From an uncultured bacterium (lineage in GTDB: Bacteria; Abyssobacteria; SURF-5), in NCBI GenBank assembly GCA_964510165.1, contig CAZEBC010000027.1:11706-28945 (forward strand): a DNA stretch of 17,240 nucleotides, given 5' to 3'. The notes below the pieces were generated by a model that worked only from the letters and a program-made list of their open reading frames with translations, had not been told where the DNA came from and ran no database searches. Shown one piece after another: positions 14,428 to 17,240 of the stretch. The position numbers were made by a program, and so were the translations under genes. Positions within the stretch are counted from its first letter, which is position 1. Every line of letters begins with the position of its first letter.

Positions 14428-14787
14428 ATGTCGCACAACTCCATACTGGTTGTGGAAGACGATCCTTATCAGAGACGCCAGATGGCGCGCGTGCTGATGT
14501 CGGAAGGACATAATGTTCTCGTCGCCGATTCGGGCGCCGAGGCAGTCCGAATACTCGAACGCGAAAAGGTTTCAGTTGTGCTGACCGATCGCAAGATGCC
14601 CCTGATGGACGGGCTGGAATTGGCCAGACACGTAAGGACTTTTTATCCGGAAATCCTCGTGGCAATGATTACCGCCTATCCGGACGGGATGGACGAGAAC
14701 GGCGTGGACGCCGTTCTCAACAAACCGTACAGCGGACAGCAACTCCGAAACCTGGTTCAATCGCTGCTGGAAAGATCGGGCGTATAG
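14428..14787 (+). CDS. single-domain response regulator (receiver domain only)
   Basis: ILVVEDD, VVLTDRKMPLMDG (phospho-acceptor Asp), MITAY, LNKPY; ATG 14428 follows GGGGAGGA and is preferred over 14329. Confidence 0.93.
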   Translation: MSHNSILVVEDDPYQRRQMARVLMSEGHNVLVADSGAEAVRILEREKVSVVLTDRKMPLMDGLELARHVRTFYPEILVAMITAYPDGMDENGVDAVLNKPYSGQQLRNLVQSLLERSGV

Positions 14788-14826
14788 CTCATATTGGGGA
14801 TACCGCATGGTGTCCCCAATATGAGC
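14787..14826. repeat. palindromic element copy 3 (GGGGACACC family)
   Basis: GCTCATATTGGGGATACC-GCAT-GGTGTCCCCAATATGAGC, 18-bp arms with one T/G mismatch; begins on the last base of the receiver gene's stop codon. Confidence 0.85.
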
Positions 14827-14867
14827 GACGCACTCGCGCACTCGGGCGAAGATAATCTGCGGATCGC

Positions 14868-14898
14868 AAAAGGACAGGGCGGCCTTCATAGGCCGCCC
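14868..14898 (-). terminator. putative intrinsic terminator of the aminotransferase gene
   Basis: 9-bp stem GGGCGGCCT/AGGCCGCCC (14877-14898) with a 4-nt loop, followed on the minus strand by TGTCCTTTT. Confidence 0.55.
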
Positions 14899-14930
14899 GT
14901 TCCATTTGTGCTCGATGCCGGCGCGACGAC

Positions 14931-16301
14931 TCAGAGCATCTCCTTTTCCATCTGCGCGATCGAGGAATCCAGGGCGTCGACGATGATGTCGATCTCCTTC
15001 TTCGTAACGGTAAGCATGGGCGCCACGGCCACGTTTTCCATCATCGCGCGCGCGTAGACGCCTTTGTCCCACACCAGTTCCTCGATCCGATGCGTGCTCT
15101 CCATCGGCAGGCTGCCGATCGGTTCCTTGGTCTCCTTGTCCTTCACAATTTCGATAGCCGCCATCAGGCCCTTCACGCGGATGTCGCCCACCGACCTATG
15201 GTCGTACAGGCCCTTGAGACGGTCATGCAGATAGTTGCCCATCTTGGCGGCGTTCTCGACCAGCTTCTTTTTCTCGATTACTTTCAGGTTCGCAAGCCCC
15301 GCCGCGCAGCCGACCGGATGATTGTTGTAGGTAAACCCATGCAGGAATGGCATGAAGCCCGGCAGGCCGTCGCGGATGGTTTCGTATATCTCGTTGCTCA
15401 CGATCGCGCCGCCCGTTGGGAAGTAGCCGCTGGTGACGCCCTTCGCTATCGAAACCAGGTCGGGCCTCAGATTCCAGTTCATGCAGCCGAACATCTTGCC
15501 CGTGCGGCCAAAGCCGGTTATTACCTCGTCGGCGAGGATCAGGACTTCATATTTGTCGCATATCTCGCGCACCATCGGCCAGTACTCATCGGGCGGTATG
15601 ATGACGCCGCCCGTGCCCATGACCGGCTCGCCGATGAACGCCGCCACCGTGTCGGGCCCTTCCCTCAAGATGGCCTCCTCGAGCTGCTTCGCGCAGGCAA
15701 CCCCGCACTCGGGATATGTAAGCCCCAGTTCGCAACGGTAGCAATACGGCGCCATGATGTGCGTGAACCCCGGCGGAAGCGGATCGAAATTCGTCTTGAA
15801 GAACTCGATGCCGGTCGCCGTCAGCGATCCGAAGGTGACGCCATGATATGCATAATTGCGCGAGATAATCTTCTTCTTGCTGTCCTTCCCCTTGCACGCC
15901 CAGTACATGCGGGCCATCTTGATGTTGGTGTCGTTTGTCTCCGAACCGCCGCACGTGAACATCACGTGCCCCATGTTCCAGTCCTTGGGCATCAGGCTTA
16001 CGACCTTGGCGGCAAGCTCGATCGCGGGCTCACTCGCAAACCCGAAGAATGGCGAGTAATATTCCAGCTTGCCGAGTTGCTCCGTTATCGCGTCGGCCAC
16101 CGACTTCTCACCGTGGCCGATGACCACGTTCCATAGGCTCGAAAAGGCGTCGATGTACTCTTTCCCATCAATATCCTTAATCCGAGAACCCTTTGCTTCC
16201 GTTATGATGCGGGCGCCCTTTTTCTCATGCTCCTGAAGCTGCACCACAGGATGAAACAGATATTTGGCGTCCAGTTTCTGAAGTTCTTCCTTTGATTTCA
16301 T
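14931..16301 (-). CDS. class III PLP-dependent aminotransferase (omega-amine/polyamine transaminase-like)
   Basis: YIDAFSSLWNVVIGHG, GGSETND, AYHGVT, EPVMGTGG, ADEVITGFGRTG, SIAKGVTSGYFP (PLP Lys), HGFTYNNHP; AAGGAGG ribosome-binding site. Confidence 0.95.
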   Translation of the reverse strand: MKSKEELQKLDAKYLFHPVVQLQEHEKKGARIITEAKGSRIKDIDGKEYIDAFSSLWNVVIGHGEKSVADAITEQLGKLEYYSPFFGFASEPAIELAAKVVSLMPKDWNMGHVMFTCGGSETNDTNIKMARMYWACKGKDSKKKIISRNYAYHGVTFGSLTATGIEFFKTNFDPLPPGFTHIMAPYCYRCELGLTYPECGVACAKQLEEAILREGPDTVAAFIGEPVMGTGGVIIPPDEYWPMVREICDKYEVLILADEVITGFGRTGKMFGCMNWNLRPDLVSIAKGVTSGYFPTGGAIVSNEIYETIRDGLPGFMPFLHGFTYNNHPVGCAAGLANLKVIEKKKLVENAAKMGNYLHDRLKGLYDHRSVGDIRVKGLMAAIEIVKDKETKEPIGSLPMESTHRIEELVWDKGVYARAMMENVAVAPMLTVTKKEIDIIVDALDSSIAQMEKEML

Positions 16302-16434
16302 TTCCGTGCTCCTCCTTGCCGATTAGTCCGAAAATGCTGTACCGATACCCTCCGCCTCAATCATTCATTTCTCTCTCCGCTATCAGCCTCCCCCCAAACA
16401 AGAAATCTGCCCTATGCCCAACTCTAAGAATATT

Positions 16435-16460
16435 GCAGGGGCAGACCTCCGCGCCTGCCC
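16435..16460. repeat. degenerate GTAG-type REP-like palindrome
   Basis: GCAG-GGGCAG-ACCTCCGCGC-CTGCCC; same layout as the 12427 element, with GCAG in place of GTAG. Confidence 0.45.
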
Positions 16461-16500
16461 TTTCTTCGTGATCCTTCTTGTCCTTCGCGGATAAATCTCT

Positions 16501-17094
16501 TCAACCGTTCAGATGACCCCGTATCGTCGCCTCGATCAGCTTCCGAACCCGCTCTCGCTCGAAACACTTCGGCTCAACCATCCATTGCAGCGCCATCCCC
16601 TCCACGAGCGCAACAATCAGCGAGGCTGCCTCGAAGGCGTCGTCCCGGCTGAACTCGCCGTCCTCGACACCCGCATGGACCATCTCGGCGATATGGTCCC
16701 GATACACTCGGAGCAGTTTCTGAAAGGCGCTCCGGACCGTCTCCCGTTCGAACGCCATCTGAACGAGGTTGTAAAACACCCGGTTCAGACTATGGTTGAA
16801 GATGAACTCGTCCACGAGGAAATCGATGCCCGCCTTGATCCTCTCGGAGGCCGACGGCGCCGCCCTCAGGCGCGCGAGCAGAAGGCTCTCGTAACGCGAA
16901 ATGATGGAATCGGCCAACGCCGTCACGATGTCATCCTTGCTCTTGAAATAGTAATGGATGACCCCATAATGAAGATCGGCCCGCCTGGCGATATGCTTGA
17001 CGGTGACCTTCTCGTGTCCCTTTTGAGCAAGGCACTCGAAAAGGGCGTCAACGATCTGTTCGCGTCTCTGTGGGGCGAGGATTTTTCTTGGCAT
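16501..17094 (-). CDS. TetR family transcriptional regulator (BetI-like C-terminal domain)
   Basis: RREQIVDALFECLAQKGHEKVTVKHIARRADLHYGVIHYYFKSKDDI; C-terminal GVEDGEF..AASLIVALVEGMALQW. Confidence 0.94.
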   Translation of the reverse strand: MPRKILAPQRREQIVDALFECLAQKGHEKVTVKHIARRADLHYGVIHYYFKSKDDIVTALADSIISRYESLLLARLRAAPSASERIKAGIDFLVDEFIFNHSLNRVFYNLVQMAFERETVRSAFQKLLRVYRDHIAEMVHAGVEDGEFSRDDAFEAASLIVALVEGMALQWMVEPKCFERERVRKLIEATIRGHLNG

Positions 17095-17100
17095 TGGCTA

Positions 17101-17151
17101 TTAAGTTGGTTGACTGACTTAAATTATACCGCGACGTATTCGCCTTGTCAA
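17101..17151 (-). promoter_or_regulatory. consensus sigma70 promoter with overlapping operator palindrome
   Basis: Minus strand TTGACA (17151-17146), 17 nt, TATAAT (17128-17123), immediately followed by the 22-bp imperfect palindrome TTAAGTCAGTCAACCAACTTAA (17122-17101). Confidence 0.88.
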
Positions 17152-17205
17152 GAGGGAGACGATAGAAGCCAAGGCGACGGGAGAGGCTCAGAACGGCTTC
17201 GGTTT

Positions 17206-17237
17206 CCCTCTCCCCTCGGGAGAGGGTAGGGTGAGGG
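17206..17237. repeat. CCCTCTCCC/GGGAGAGGG palindromic repeat element
   Basis: CCCTCTCCC-CTC-GGGAGAGGG followed by TAGGGTGAGGG, at the window edge. Confidence 0.6.
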
Positions 17238-17240
17238 TCT

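Noticed and set aside
3324-14826. The palindromic repeats as a CRISPR array, attC cassettes or ends of one composite transposon
   Set aside because: The copies are dispersed, not regularly spaced, and each is self-complementary. There are no cas, integrase or transposase genes and no GTTRRRY attC core sites.
15090-16136. 348-aa plus-strand ORF
   Set aside because: Lies entirely antisense to the well-supported aminotransferase and has no domain signal.
16513-17229. 238-aa plus-strand ORF
   Set aside because: Antisense to the TetR gene and runs across its promoter and a repeat.

Overview
The window looks like an ordinary chromosomal region of a moderately GC-rich bacterium, probably anaerobic; the taxon cannot be determined from the sequence. 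Bases 31-3294 (+) hold the end of the ribosomal-protein/alpha cluster: infA-rpmJ-rpsM-rpsK-rpsD-rpoA-rplQ. rpmJ (276-389) is missing from the ORF track. The remainder is almost entirely on the minus strand. It encodes a serine alpha/beta-hydrolase, a secreted DUF4140/DUF4139 protein, a lipoprotein with an aromatic/His-rich tail, an 823-aa VWA-TM-FHA-like membrane protein, a TetR-glpA-glpB unit with no glpC, a haloalkane-dehalogenase/OleB-like hydrolase, a class III aminotransferase and a second TetR. One stand-alone receiver-domain gene is on the plus strand. Several near-consensus sigma70 promoters and TetR-type operator palindromes are visible. The most notable non-coding signal is the density of intergenic palindromes: three copies of an ATTGGGGAYA...TGTCCCCAAT hairpin with copy-specific paired flanks, GTAG-type REP/REPIN-like elements, and a CCCTCTCCC/GGGAGAGGG element. 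I found no transposase, integrase, tRNA, rRNA or CRISPR array.
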